From the NCBI GenBank assembly GCA_051294375.1, contig CM119263.1:20829661-20893660 (forward strand): 64,000 nucleotides of DNA, in the 5' to 3' direction. The notes under the pieces were generated by a model, which saw only the letters and a list, made by a program, of their open reading frames with translations, ran no database searches and was not told the DNA's origin. The stretch is from Paraspadella gotoi. Lineage: Eukaryota; Animalia; Chaetognatha. The translations under genes were made by a program, and so were the position numbers. This document shows, in pieces, positions 26,328-40,939 of this stretch (position 1 is its first letter; every line of letters starts with the position of its first letter).

Positions 26328-26605
26328 TCGCTTCCGGTTTCGGCGATGGATTCTTTTCTTATTTTTTCTTGTCGGGTTGTTTTGAGAACCGACGGTTTCT
26401 TTTTTTTATTATTGGCGGGTACAGAAAGAGGGCGTGCAGCCGGTTAGTGGAGACGAGTCTTTATACCCTCCTTTAGCGACATTTTCTTTCATTTCGGCGT
26501 CATTTTCGCTGAGCGGAGAAAGTATTTCTTTTGTTTTATTTTTTTATATTTGTGGGTTTTTATTGAGCGTTGAGTTTTTTAAAAAAGTCCCTTCCCTAAA
26601 AAGAA

Positions 26606-26682
<77 letters not shown>

Positions 26683-26921
26683 AGAGAGAGAGAGGAACAA
26701 AGGAAGGAAAAAAATAAGGAGAGAAAAATTAAAAATTAGAGGATGAAAGAAAAAAGGAAATAAATATACAAAAAACATACAAAAAACCTAAACATCAAAA
26801 AAATTCATATATTAACGAATAAACCAACAAAGCGCAGAGAAAAAAAGAAAAAAAGGGACAAAAAGAAAAGAAAACATCGCTGACGTCTTTCTAAAAATAT
26901 CTCGCTGAGAGGGAAGGAGAA

Positions 26922-26959
<38 letters not shown>

Positions 26960-28290
26960 CCTACCGCTTTCCAACAACGAATCCGCCGCCCGGATGTCAT
27001 CCCAGCGACGACGCCGAGCGCCTCCATAAAAGGTGCCGCTTTTTTGTCGATGTCGATTCGTCTTTTGTCTGTGAAGATTAGTTTTTCGGTTTTCAGGACG
27101 CAACAGAGTGGAAAGGCGGTAGTAGACGGGCGACGACGACGACGACGACGGCGACTTGGATGACGATATCGACGAAAATGACGACAACGATGACGTCGGC
27201 GAAGAGAAAAGCAACGTTAATGACAATGACCACAACGATGACGTTCGAGAAAAAGATATAATTTGAATTTTGAGAGGAAACCACATTGACTAAGATGACG
27301 ACGACGACGCTGACTCAGCCTTACCACAACGACGACGTCGACGACGACGACAACTTCGATTGCAGAAAAGTCGATAGAGAGATCATCCTAAATCAATTGG
27401 ATGAAAACTAATTTCGTCGAAATATGAGTATGTGGAAAGGACCGGATAGGATAACAATAGGATAGGGTGAAAATATGTATAAAATTTGTTAGATATTACA
27501 AAGAATAATATGACATCAAGTGGTTTAGAGATCAAGATTTAATTTTGAAGAAAATAAAATCAATCAAAACCATATCTGAAGAATTTCCAGGGAGAACTGA
27601 AACGCGGAGAACGAGTTCGAGGAGAACGAGGAGAACAAGGAGAACAAATGGAGGTTTGTGGAGAATGAGAATCGGCGACTATAAGCTAACGAGAGGCTCC
27701 TCTTGGAAAAGAAGAAGAGAAAGAATTGAGGACCACAGATAATGAGATCCGTTGGGAGAATAAAAATTTTCAGAGTCGCGAAATTTAATGAAAAAAAAAG
27801 AAAGATTATTTCTGATGTTTAATTAAATTAAAACGCTGTGTTGGAAAATCTTCAACATTAATGCTACGCCGGGACAAAGTTTTCTTGACTGGCACCTATT
27901 CTCGTCACACTTTTAAAAGGCAATGGATGTTATGACAATTTGATGTTGTCAGATACAAGATAAAAGACATAAAAGACCTGTAAAGACTCTGAGTTGATCG
28001 GTTAGATTTTTAGAATTGATACTTTGGCACAAGTATTTTGAAAAATGTCAGTTAAATATAGTGACGACGACAACCCTCGGGTTTTTATACGTAACAATCG
28101 CCAGTGACAGTTTGCATAAAAGTAATGGGATACAAAATGTGTTATTGAGAGAATATATGAGCAAAATGATTAAAAGAGTTTTAATTGAAAAGAATAAAAG
28201 AATCTGAAAGACACAAAGGATAAAGGATAAAGGAGGTCGTTCGGTGAGGAACGCGAATTAATTATCGGAGAAAAGAAGAACAATTTTGAG

Positions 28291-28367
<77 letters not shown>

Positions 28368-28404
28368 TCAAAAATAACAATGATAATAATCTAATTAATT
28401 AGTT

Positions 28405-28405
28405 T

Positions 28406-28471
<66 letters not shown>

Positions 28472-28473
28472 TC

Positions 28474-28508
<35 letters not shown>

Positions 28509-28533
28509 TAATATCAATAATAATAATGATAAT
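28405..28533. repeat. (AAT)n microsatellite
   Basis: Direct observation. Confidence 0.95.
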
Positions 28534-28839
28534 TTCATACAGATATGCCTAGATACAAACCGTGGAATTTCTCGTTAACGTTACGACATCTTTCAAGCCA
28601 CGTGTCTCGGTCGCCGCTCCTCGAATTAAAACGACGCTTACGCAACGACAATAGTTTTTGACCTTTTTTTTTTCTAGAAAATACGAGGAAAACTGTAGTA
28701 CACAGACTATGAAAAAAAGTTTCGAAGGAAAAAATAGAAAAAAAAAACGAGAAGCTGAAGGAAATAAAGGTAATGACCCGCCTTTTCATTCGGTTAAGCA
28801 AGACTGTCCCAGTTGGAATGAAGTCGAGAAGGAAAGGAA

Positions 28840-28896
<57 letters not shown>

Positions 28897-29036
28897 GGAG
28901 CGCCCAGAGGCCAAAAACAAAAGCCAAGAGGTCCTGTTCTCAACAGGATGTCGCGTGACCTAGAGAGAGACTGACGTCGGCGGAAACCGAGGGAAAAAAA
29001 ATAGATGGGAGGGAGGAAGGGACGAAGGGTGGATGG

Positions 29037-30033
29037 TAGGGCGTTGAAAAATAACGAAATATAAACAAATCAAGTGAGGTACATAGCTATTTTAGTGTAA
29101 TAAAGTCTGTAGAATTCGATGATGATAACCATTTTTTTGTATAGTCTCATCTTCTTTGTCCGAAATGGCGATTCTTGCGCATATAAGGTGCTATTAAAAT
29201 GGAGCAAACATTGTAGAGTATAAGAAACTCAAATTATTAAGATTTTATAAAAGCCATATTTTAACTTACATAATATGAAAATAAAGACCCATATAAATAT
29301 TTTGGTAAGTTTTTTTAACAAATTTTATATTTTATTAATAGTTTGTGAGCTATATTTATTAATAAATAATAATAAAAATAAGCTAAAGTGAAAAAATAAA
29401 AATTTTAAATTTTAAAACCGGATTTGAATTCCTTACAAAAAGTTAGTATAAGAAAGTATAATCCATTTTAAAAAAAAATCTTTCATTAAGTAGGTTAAAA
29501 ATTATTAAAACTAAATTATTTTGTTTAATTTTTCAATTTTTTCGCTTAAAATTATTAGTTTTTTCTGAATATTTGACCAACTTAATGACATAATTTTGAT
29601 ATAAAAAATTATATTTTCTTTATCAACGTTTCCAAAGAATGCAAAATCCATGAAAAAATTTTTGAAATTATTATTTTTTAACTTTAGCCCAATTTTTACT
29701 CATAATTATTAATAAATTATGTTAACTAACTTTTATAAAACATAAAATTTAAAAATAAACTTACCAAAATATTTTTATAAGTCTTTATTTTTATATTTCA
29801 AAGCTCATATAATTTTTTTAAATTTTTAATAATTTGATTTATCATAACTTATAATGGTTTTGCTATTTTATAACAATTTTATAAACATTAAAAACCGCCA
29901 TTTCCGACAAGAAAGATATAATAATATTACAAAAAAATGGTCATCCCGCGTCGAATTCTACAGACTTACATTACACTAAAATAGCTATGTACCTCACTTG
30001 ATTTGTTATATTTTGTTATTTTTCAACGCTCTA
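29037..30033. mobile_element. hAT-like MITE with long TIRs
   Basis: TAGGGCGTTGAAAAATAAC...GTTATTTTTCAACGCTCTA, 8-bp TSD GTGGATGG. Confidence 0.9.
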
Positions 30034-33000
30034 GTGGATGGAAAGGAAGGGAGGAAAGAAAATCATAAAGAAAGATTGAGATGAAGGGAAGAGGAATGGA
30101 GAGAATAAAGTTATGGAGGGGAGGAGGATTAGGTAATATTTAAACCAGTACAATGCGTCATGTATTTCTCAAAAATTTCTGGAATTGGGGGAAAGCAAAG
30201 GAAGAAAAAAAGGGGAGAAAGTAAAAGAATTAGGAGCCGACGTCGTTTTTAGAGATCAAGGAAGATATTTTCAATGGAGATTTTCGTTCAAACTACCAAA
30301 CAATATAAACGTTCCTGGGAAAATTCCGGTAAAAAATCGATGTAAAAAAACTTGATTCTGATCCTGTTGTATCTGAAGGGCTCGCATTTTTCTTTCTCTT
30401 GTCAAATCATCATCACCTTTGATATCAAACAAGCCAGAACAAATAGACTGCTTCTGGATGGAAAAATTTTTTATCTCTGATTTTATATAGAAATAAAAAG
30501 GGATTTTTTTCCCTGAAAATGATATAAACGTCACTGAGGTATGTTCCTGTTCAAAAAATGACATCAAATTTTGGAATCCTTTGGCAAAGTGTCTGAAGGG
30601 CTCTCAAAATTTTTTTTTACATTTGTTTGGTTTATTTTGATATGATACATCATGGGAAAGTGAATTAGTCCATTTTTGGTAAAAATTTTATTTTAAAGTA
30701 AAAGGCAGTGATTTCTATTTGGGTATTTTCAACAATAAAATTGAAACTTATATAACTATTATTAGATACCTCACTCGAGAGCCAATATTAGTTTATTTTT
30801 TATATATTTTTATGCCGGTCCTGGAGGATGATATCAATATTCACTTGCAAAAAACCGTTTTTAAATTCCTACAATGGTTTCCGAGATATAGTCTAAAACG
30901 TCAGCCTTGAAAGGCAAAATTTGTCAGAATAAAATTTTCGAGTTTCTTCTTAGATTTCTGACGCGCTAGCACAAACTATTTAAAAAAAAGAGAAAACGTT
31001 TTGCTGATTTCTTCCAGCATAATCCATAAATGTGTAAGACGATGGGTACACCTGAAAGTGATATGTCTCTAGATTACGGAAAATTTTTCTTTAGGTTTTA
31101 TTTTAAAATTTAGGTATTGTACCAATAGGATAAATTAAGATACTCCCGCTTTGCCGAAATTTTTATTTAACAAAGATTTGTACTGGGTAGTTCAAATCCT
31201 TAGTTCTCTAACTGTAAAAAAAGTTATTTTCTTGAATAACTTTGGAAAGAAAAGAGGTAGGAATGTGGGTGAGGTATCAATCATGGGACACCTCTCTAAA
31301 ATAGTTTTATTAAATTTTATCCACAAATCTTTACACAGCTTTTATTTAAATCGGAGTTAAAAATATAACAGTTTTTTGCAATAAAAATTTCAATGAAGGC
31401 ATGTGAAATTTTTTTTCTTCTTTCCTAATTTGATAAAGGAAAGACTAAATTACATTTTGATTACCATTAAATTTCTCTACACTATAAATTTGCTTGTATT
31501 TTTTAGTTAAAGTAAAAAAAAAGCAAAAATTTATGAAGTAGCTGGATAAAATGTTTTTTTAAATATGAAAAATGATAAATACAAAAATATTTTCAGATTG
31601 ATATAAACAGTCTGGACGTCTACCTTCTTGTCTGTGAAAAAAAAATTGTCATTTTTCATTATCTTCAACTGCAAACAAAAAGCTTGACACACTGCTTGTT
31701 TATCATAATAAAATTTTAAAAAATTACATAGCTGGCGACATATTTGACAAAGCAAGACATCATTGTGTTTATTTGTTTTGATAATTTTCTTTTAAATAGA
31801 ACAACCTTTATACAAGGAATTTAATTCTATTACTTATCATCCGTTTTAATTAAGAAAAAAAATTTCGCGGAATAGCCCATTGGAAAGGGTTCATTGACTG
31901 ACTTAATGATCGAATTTTTTAGGTTTCTTTACTGCCCCCATTTCACAAGATTGATTATCATGTCAGTATTTCCAGATTATCTGTACCCTTTCTGCAACCT
32001 GCATTCTGAATTTTCTTTTTTTCCCTTTCAAATGTATTTAAATAAAAAAAATTATTTGAGAGAACGATCGGCATGGAGGATGCCATTGGTAAGCCTTAGT
32101 TACCCCACTGCCCGATCGAATTTTTAAACAAGGTTTTTTTAAAATCTATTCGAGACATAACACTAACTATTGGTACTATTATTTTTTTTATTTTTTTATG
32201 AAATTTTGCGTAATCAGAGAAACGTTTTGCGTGTCAAAAAAATATGGAAAAAAAAAGAGAAAAACGTTCTGACAAATTTAAAAATTTATGGAGGAATCTA
32301 CTATTATTTCTTTTTTTTCAACTGATTAATATAAAAAACGGTTGGCTATAGTTATTTTCTCCTTATAACATCGAACTCACTGGGTGAAATTTTATGCTTT
32401 CAAAATACGGTAAGAAAAATTTCTTTTACTTAATCATTCTTAATTAATGGTATCTGCTCTAATTAAGATGAAACTAAAACGATTTTCATGGTAAGGGCCA
32501 ACTTTTAAAGATTAAATTGCTCGTCAGATCTATCGCGTTTTTTTAGATATACTACAGCTTAGGCAAAAAAACGGAACGCTATATTTAAAAACTTTTTCAA
32601 ATTATTCCACTATTTTTTTCTCTCTTAACCTTCTCTCTGTCCCTCTCTTTTTCTCTCTTTCTCTCCCTTTCTCCGACTTTTCTGTCCTCATATTTCTCAT
32701 ATCATCCCTTCTTTTCTTACCTTTATTTCTCTTCTCTCCTATCTCTACTTTTCTCTCTGATTCTCTTTTTCCCTCTTTCTTATCTTTTCTTTTCTCTTAT
32801 TGTTTTCGTTCTCGCCCCCTTCTCCCCCATATATTAATTTCTTTCCACTCTTTCTCTCTCTCCCTTCAACTTTTTTTCACCCATGCTCTCAAGAGCTCCC
32901 AGAAATACCAATGCACTTTTTGAAAAGTTCCTGATACCTGCAAAGTTCTTGTGCCAAATTTAATGAAGAAAACGAATATCACAATAAAAAATTCCCTGAA

Positions 33001-33628
33001 TGCTCTTGATGGATTTTCCACGCCAGTTTTTGCATTATATCGACTTCCGGTTTTAAAAAAATGCAGGACTTTTGAAAACAAGTTTGAGCAACAAATGTCG
33101 GATCTGCCTACGATAATAATTAATTAATTAATAAGATTACTAATTAATTAATTAATAGATTAATATTAAATTAATTTTAATATTAAGTATTTTTATTCAG
33201 CTTGTCATTCATCGTGTCCTTAAAATTGAGGTCAGGACAGTTTTTAAATGTTTTGTTTACATTTTAATCAACAAACAAATATCCTCTGTTTCGACCAGCG
33301 GGCAAAGCCCCGTCCTGGCTAAGATTTGATTCGGTTTTAGCTTTCGGTCACGCTTTTTGCAAATCATGGCTTCTGGATGTGATATGCATAGGGAGTTGAA
33401 ATTTCATATATGGCTTCTAATCATCAGATTCTTAAAATTCTCATGTTCATATCAATATTCGTATTTGTTTATAGTTTATTTACACAACAAAAACGTTTTT
33501 TTATTGTCGCTCTTCTCTCTCTCTTTCTTTTAAATATATGTCGCTCTCTCTCTCTTCTTTTTCTCCGTCAACTGCTTCTTCTGATTTGTCTAAAAACGAG
33601 TTCCCGGCTTGCAGCGTCATGTCCAGCT

Positions 33629-33663
<35 letters not shown>

Positions 33664-33916
33664 TCTCTCTCTCTCTCATCTCTTTTTATCGAGCTTGACC
33701 GGCGAAAGCCGGGTCAGGCTCTATAATGTTTTTAGGGGTTGTTTCTTTGTGACGTAGTCGTCGTCGTCGTCGTCGTCGTCTCGTCCGTCACGCTTTTTTG
33801 TATAAAAAACTACTACGCTTTTATAGGTTTGGCTGTGACTTCATTGTGCCCTCTCTCTCTCTCTCTGTTTATCTCTTTTTCTCTCTTCCTTTACACAAAA
33901 TATTTTCCAAATTCAC

Positions 33917-33962
33917 AATAACGCTGATGAAGGCTTGAAATGAAGCCGAAACATGTCTGTTT
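33917..33962 (+). ncRNA. Minimal type I hammerhead ribozyme in a short pLTR fragment
   Basis: AACG-CTGATGA-AGGCTT gaaatg AAGCC-GAAAC-ATGTC-TGTT. Confidence 0.8.
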
Positions 33963-34054
33963 TGCATAAAAATAAAATCGTTGTCAAAATTAAACTCAAA
34001 CTGTCTCTAATCGTCCCAAACAACGAAAAGAAAGGATTTATATCACAATGTCTG

Positions 34055-35292
34055 ATTTGGTTATACAAATAGAACTCTGTAAGGGATTTTACATATTTAA
34101 TCCTTAAGCCAATATATTGGCCTTTAAAGGTTTGCCAAATAATGCAAAAAGAAAATAGCAAATTAGATAGAAGGCGCCTTAGCCCAGGTCATTTATTCAT
34201 TTGCAAGCCGCAACCCTAATCTTAATATCCCTAGTACAAGCCTTTTTAAGCTAGCTAACAGCAAAACTATCATTTGGCCAGGTTGCCATGATTAAGTTTT
34301 GTGATTTTGCAATTTGGACAGGCTCAGAAAAGGATAGGAAGCTTAGGTTCGGGTTAGGGAAGGTACTGGGTAAGGAAAATAAGGATTAAAGTTTGGCTAT
34401 ATTGATGGCCGGGAGACAGGGATGCCTGAGTTGTGGCTCAGAGGTGAACCTCAGGCTGAGGTGAGGGTTGGTGGAGAGGCTCTGGAATGATGCAGGGTTA
34501 GGGTTCTGGCATAAATAAAACAGCAGCTGCTCGGGTTAAGATTCAGACTTAGGGTATGACAAGAAGCCCACGTTAGGGTTAGGGTTAGGGTTAGTTGGAT
34601 ATCCAAGCCAGGGAAACTGATTAAGATTAAGGTTTTGTTTAGGGCCCGGTTAGGGTTAGGGTTGAGTGAGAGGCTTGCTAGCTGCAAAGTAGAGCGTTGA
34701 AAAATAACAAAATATAACAAATTAAGTGAGGTACATAGCTATTTTAGTGTAATGTAGTCTGTAGAATTCGATGGTGATGACCATTTTTTTGTATAATTTT
34801 ATTTTTTCCTTTTAACTTATTTTTTATTATTATTTATTTATAAATATAGCTAATAAACAATTAATAAAATATAAAATTTGTAAATAAACTTACCAAAATA
34901 TTTATATGGGTCTTTATTTTCATATTATGTAAGTTAAATATGGCTTTTATAAAATCTTAATTATTTGAGTTTCTTATACTCTACAATGTTTGCTCCATTT
35001 TAATAGCACCCTATATGCTGCAAAAATCGCCATTTCCGACAAAAAAGATGAGACTATACAAAAAAATGGTTATCATCATCGAATTCTACAGACTTTATTA
35101 CACTAAAATAGCTATGTACCTCACTTGATTTGTTATATTTCGTTATTTTTCAACGCCCTACTGCAAAGGTCACGTCGCCTTCCATCTAATTTGCTACTTG
35201 CATCACTTGGTAAACTTTTTAGAGGCCAATATCTTGGTTTAAAGATTAAAGATTTAAAATCCCTTAGACAGTTCTATTTGTTTAACCAGATA
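34055..35292. mobile_element. TIR element with a degenerate (TTAGGG)-rich core
   Basis: ~120-bp imperfect TIRs (...GCAAATTAGATAGAAGGCG / CGCCTTCCATCTAATTTGC...) and GGTTAGGGTTAGGG units at 34340-34665. Confidence 0.65.
34690..35160. mobile_element. hAT-like MITE, shorter copy of 29037-30033 in opposite orientation
   Basis: Same TIRs, 8-bp TSD CTGCAAAG. Confidence 0.9.
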
Positions 35293-37068
35293 GTAAAATT
35301 TTATTAAAATTAGTGGAGTAGTTTGGTCAGGGCCAATTTGGTTAAAAAAAAAGCCTTTTATAATAATATTTTTATAACTTTATTTATAAACCAAAACATA
35401 AAAGGTAATATTAAAGTTAATGGTAACTTTATTTTTATGCTGGCTGAATAACAGCTTATTTGTTTCCAAAAATCCTAAATTTTTAAAACCAAAAATGGTT
35501 CGACTCAAAGACTGGCGTGGAAAATCCATAATGAGCATCCATGAAAATTTTTCATTGTGATATTCGTTTTCTCCCCTAAATTTGGCACAAGAAGCTTTGC
35601 AGGTATCAGAAACTTTCATAAATGTATGATATTTCTGGGAGCTCTAATGCTCTCTCTTCTCTTATCTTTTTCTCATTCTCACTCATTTTTTGCATTTATA
35701 TCATACTGGATGTATAAAAATCTTTAAAATTTTTTTCACCAAAACCTGTCGATTGAGAAGAAAAAAAATTACTAACGCTTTCCATTACATTAAAAGAATG
35801 CTTTTTTTTTAAATTCGTTAACCTTAGTATATTTCTCATCTATTAAAACTATAAAATAAGTCAAAAACCGAGTTTTAGTTCAAATAAAACGCACCTCATA
35901 AATCATCACAAATTAAAAGTTGACTTAAAAATTTAATTGCTGCAATACTATTGAATTTTTTTCCTTAATTTTTTAGGTACCAGAAGCACCATTGAAAGGG
36001 AATATTTGATTAGATTTGTGGACATTTTGAAGTATTTTTGTTTAACAAATTGTAATAAAATGTAAAAATGTAAATTTTTGATTAGTCAATTTAAAAATTA
36101 ATTCATAGGCAAACAATGGATGACCAATGGCAAATGAACCGACTCAGAGGTAAAGAAGATAAGAAGTACCCAAAATCCGCAGTAAAAAATTTTTCTTCAA
36201 TGATCTTGACGTTCAAATCTCAACACAAAAGTCAAAATTGACAAAAATAGACATAATTTTTTTTATTAAAAGTTGCAAAAATTATATCGATTCTTGATTA
36301 GAAAATGCTGTAGATGATTTTAATTTATCCGTAGTCCAGCCCACTTTGTCTTAGGGTTCAAATTTAATCAATTCTGTTGATAATATTCTAGCAATATTGC
36401 AAAAAGTGGTTTTTTTGCTGATTTCCGCAATAGAAATCACTGCCAAAAGTAAAAGAGGAGCTAACGATCGGAGTTCTAAGAGTTTTCAACCGGGAGTCAG
36501 ATTCGGAAAAAATCTTCCAAAGAAGGGGTGGATTTTCCAAAGATTTTGGTTAATATTTTCTATATTTAAGGTAGGATTTTTTTGAAACTTAATATTAACA
36601 ATATTGCCATCATTCTACCTTGGCCGGAATAAGAATATATTAAAAAACCTCTGGCTTTGTTCGTCCGAGCTTAGTCTTAAAAGAATAGAGAAAGAGAAGG
36701 AGATGAAAACAAGTTTGAGCAAACAATGTTGGATCTGCCTACGATAATTAAGCGAAAATCAGCTAATCAGATGATAAATAAAAATTTTTTTAAAAATTTT
36801 TTTAACTCACATTATTTTTCAACTCGCATCATTTTTTCAACTCACATCATTTTTTTTAATTTGCATCATTTTTACAATTCGCATCATTTTTTCAACTTGC
36901 ATCATTTTTTTAACTAGCATCATTTTTATGATCATTTTAGTGCTGATTCATCGGAAAAAAGTCTGCAGCTGGCTCTGCAGGGGCTCTTTCTTTTTCTATC
37001 TTTTCTCCTGCGGCTTCTGCTGCTGCCTTTTGATTCCTTTCTTTTTTTCTGGCTGCCTCTGCTGCTGC

Positions 37069-37112
<44 letters not shown>

Positions 37113-38380
37113 GTTTTTATTTAAAAAAAAATGAATTAGGATTGAACTCGTAAAATTAGGCATCGCATTTGCGCTATCGCAAAATCGTGTTTTTATTTTG
37201 TTTTTATCTCTCTCTATCTCTCTCTCTCTCTTTCTCTCTCTCTCTATGCATTGCGACGATCATTTTGCTTTTAAGATTTTTTTAACTTGCATCATTTTTT
37301 CAACTTTTATAATTTTTTTCCACTTGCATAATTTTTTAAATTGCATCATTTTTTCACATTAATTATTTAATATTAATTAAAACATTTATTAGTAATCATA
37401 AATAATAAAGATTCAAGTAAAAGTGACTTAGGTTTTTTCCAATTTAAACTCATTTCCACTTGGCACAATTCCGTCAAAACTTATATCTAGTTCTTCACAC
37501 ACTTTCCTACCCGCTCACAAAATTTCATCTCAAATCTAATTCATGGGTTAAAATAAGTAAAAAGATTCAAGTAAATGTGAGTCATATTTTTTTCATATAA
37601 ACTCATTTCCACTCGTACCGAAACTTTATATCAAGCTTCGTCAGACACTTTCTTAGCCACACACAAAATTTGTACTCAATCTATCCATCGAATTATGATT
37701 AATTAGAGTATTTATTGGTTAAAATAAGTAAAAGGATTTTAGTAAATGCGACTTATGTTTTTTCCATTTAAACTCATTTCCACTCACACGATTCCATCGA
37801 AACTTTATTTCCAGCTTTATCACACTCTTTACTACCCACACACAAAATTTTATTCCAATCTAACCAGGTAATCACTAGTTATTGGAGCTTTTTGCTAAGG
37901 TGGGACGGATTGACGGATTTATTGACTGATTAATTAATTAATTATTGATTAATTAATTGACTAATTAATTAATTAATTAGTCAATTAATTATTGATTAAT
38001 TAATTGACTAATTAATTAATTAATTAATTATCTGATAAAAAGAAAAAGAAGCCTAATCAATTAGTGAAACAGGTTTTTTTTCCATTTAAAATCATTTCCA
38101 CTCAAACGATTCCATCTAAATTTGATTTCCTGTTCAATCACACATTTTACTACCAACATACAAAATTCCAGGTCAATCGCCCCATTCACTCATGAGCAAT
38201 TGGTGTTCAAATAGTGAAATATATTTTTTTGTTTCTTCCATTTAAACTCATTTCCACTCGGACGATTCCATCGAAACTTCATATCAAGCTCAATCACCCA
38301 CTTCCCTACCCACACACTCAAAAAAAAAGAAAATGGAGTTGGAACTGAGAGACTTTGAGTGGGAGGACAAAACAAAGTTA

Positions 38381-39034
38381 TGAAGAGACAGTAATTATTG
38401 ATATGTGTTAATGACAGAACGTTCATTAAGCAGTCCCTGAGCTTCGGATCAGGCTGTAACACCATGTTACAGGCGGGTTAAGCGCCCCGTCCCTCTTAAC
38501 TGCCAGACGACCACCGGCAGAACCCCGGACCTTTGGGTTGGGAGGCGAATGACTTGCCTCCGGCACCAATGGCCGCTGATGAATGGTTGGTGGGTTTTAG
38601 TCGCACCATACATCCCCCCCGCCCGTAGGAAGATGTCTGTTGCGTCTCTTCAGTGAATTGTTGTTGTTGTGGAAAGTGCGTCACCAAGTTGAGGCATGTC
38701 GCCTGATGTGTTGTGTGGCGGAAAGTGCATCGCCAGGTGAGGCATGTCGCCTGAAAGTGATTGTTATTGCTGTGTGTCGAAGTCGGGCTCACCAATGAAG
38801 AGACAGTAATTATTGATATGTGTTAAACTGTTAATGACAGAACCGTTCAATATAAGCAGTCCCTGAGCTTCGGATTCAGGCTGTAACCCATGTTACAGGC
38901 GTGTTAAGCGCCCCGTCCTTCTTAACTGCCAGACGACCACCGGGCTAGAACACCGGACCTTTGGGTTGGGAGGCGAATGACTTGCCTCCGGCACCAATGG
39001 CGCTGATGAACGGTGGTGGGTTTAGTCCACCATA
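38381..39034 (-). mobile_element. Miniature LTR element family A, full length
   Basis: LTRs 38381-38610 and 38796-39034, PBS TGGTGAGCCCGAC (38782-38794), PPT ~38613-38622, TSD GTTA. Twister motifs at ~38429-38503 and ~38857-38929. Confidence 0.92.
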
Positions 39035-39651
39035 GTTAGAACAATCCGTCATCGATAGATATGAGGGAAAAACAAGAAATAGTTTACTCTCAGAACAAGA
39101 AAACAAAACAATCCAAAAATAAACAAGAATAGTTTACTCTCAGAACAAGAAAAACAAAACCAATCCCAAATATGAAAGCAAAACAAGAGAGGGAGGGAAA
39201 GAGTAGGATAAGAATTTCATCAGACAGGGAAATATTTAGACGACAAAACATTGGATGTGGAATCATGTGTTCTGGCGTCGCCAGGCAACGACGAAGAAAG
39301 CGAAAAAGGAGGAGAGAGAGAGAGGAGAGAGTGGGAGAACACGTTCTAAATGTTTATTAACATCGAATACGCGATGACAGAAGGAAAAGAGAGTGGATAT
39401 AAATAGAAATAAAAATAGAAATAAACAGAAATAAAGATATATTCCAAACCAAGTCGACAGCAAATAAAAATAAATAAAAAAAGGTTGAGTAGAACGATTA
39501 ATAAAAAAACCCTACTCTAAACCAAAAAAAATCTTAAAAGCATAGGATCAAGCCATGATGATAGTATTCATTATGCGATGAATAGTCATTACATTCATCG
39601 TATAATAAAAAAAACAAATGCGTGTTATGAGTGAAAGAGAGAGAGAGAGAG

Positions 39652-39689
<38 letters not shown>

Positions 39690-40897
39690 GAGAGAGAGAG
39701 ATGATGAGAGGTGGACAAGTTTTCCCGCCACGAAACGCAATCAGAATTTTAGGGAAAAATCTTAAAGCCAATAGGGGATTCGAGCCAAGCTTTTGATTGG
39801 TAACCAATTATTAATGCGATTGATACTTATCTTATGCGAATGAATAACCAATAATTGATGCGATGATTTATAAAATAACTGATGTGATATGAATCAAATG
39901 AATGAGGACGATGCATAGTCATTTCATTGATGTGATGATAATCAATTCATTGATATGATGATAATCATTTCATTGATGCGATGATTAGTGCATTCATTGA
40001 CGCGATGAGTCATTCATCGTAAATAAAACAACAAATGCGTGTAGAATGAAAGAGAGAGAGAGAGCAGAGACAGAGAGAGAGAGAGAGATGAGAGAGAAGA
40101 GAGAGATGAGAGGGAGAGATGAGAGACGAGAGAAAGCTGAACAGAGCCGGAAACTTCGGTACTCGTTTACTCGTCGCCTTGGTGAAAAAAAAAGGACGCT
40201 AAAAAATTTTATTTTTGTAAAAAAAAATGAGGAGAGAGAGAGATAGAAGAAGCCGGAACTCGTTTAATGACCGAGGTGAAAAAAGGTGACTAAGAAAGAT
40301 AGTTGTTTACAAAAAAAAGAGATAGAAAGAGAGAAAGGAGAGAGAGAGCAGATAGAGAGAAAGTAGAGAGAGAGAGGAGGGAGATAAGAGAGAGAGCCGG
40401 AACTTGTGTTTACTCGTTTAGCAAGATGAATAATTTTTTTTTTTGTAAAAAACAAAAAAAAGAGAGAGACGAAAGAGAGAAGAGAGAGAGAGAAAGGAGA
40501 GAGGGAAAAGAGAGAGAGAGAGGAAAGTTTTTCCTCGCCAACGATACGCAATATTTAGGTCCACTCTTTTTTATACTGAGTTCGCAATGATCTCGTGTCA
40601 AGTTGATTTTTTTTTATACAAGTAACGTTTCCGTTGCCAATCCAAACCGTTATTAGTGCATGTTCTCGAATTGTTTACTCGTTGCCCCGCACGGCCACGA
40701 AATCCCGGTCAGTAAGTTTTCTTCACATTTTCTCAATAAAATCCACGAAAAATCTCAGATGTAAATTTGGGATTTTGTATTGGAGAAAGAAGCGGCGGAA
40801 TAATGGCGATAATAAAAAGTTTTTAGAGGAAAGAAAAATAAGAATTTTTCAAAAACGGTGTAAACAAAGTGAATAATTTTTTTTGTAAAAAAAAGAG

Positions 40898-40939
<42 letters not shown>

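Noticed and set aside
26900-27360. Poly-Asp/Val/Ser ORFs
   Set aside because: (GAC/GTC)n repeats upstream of the gene with no supported reading frame.
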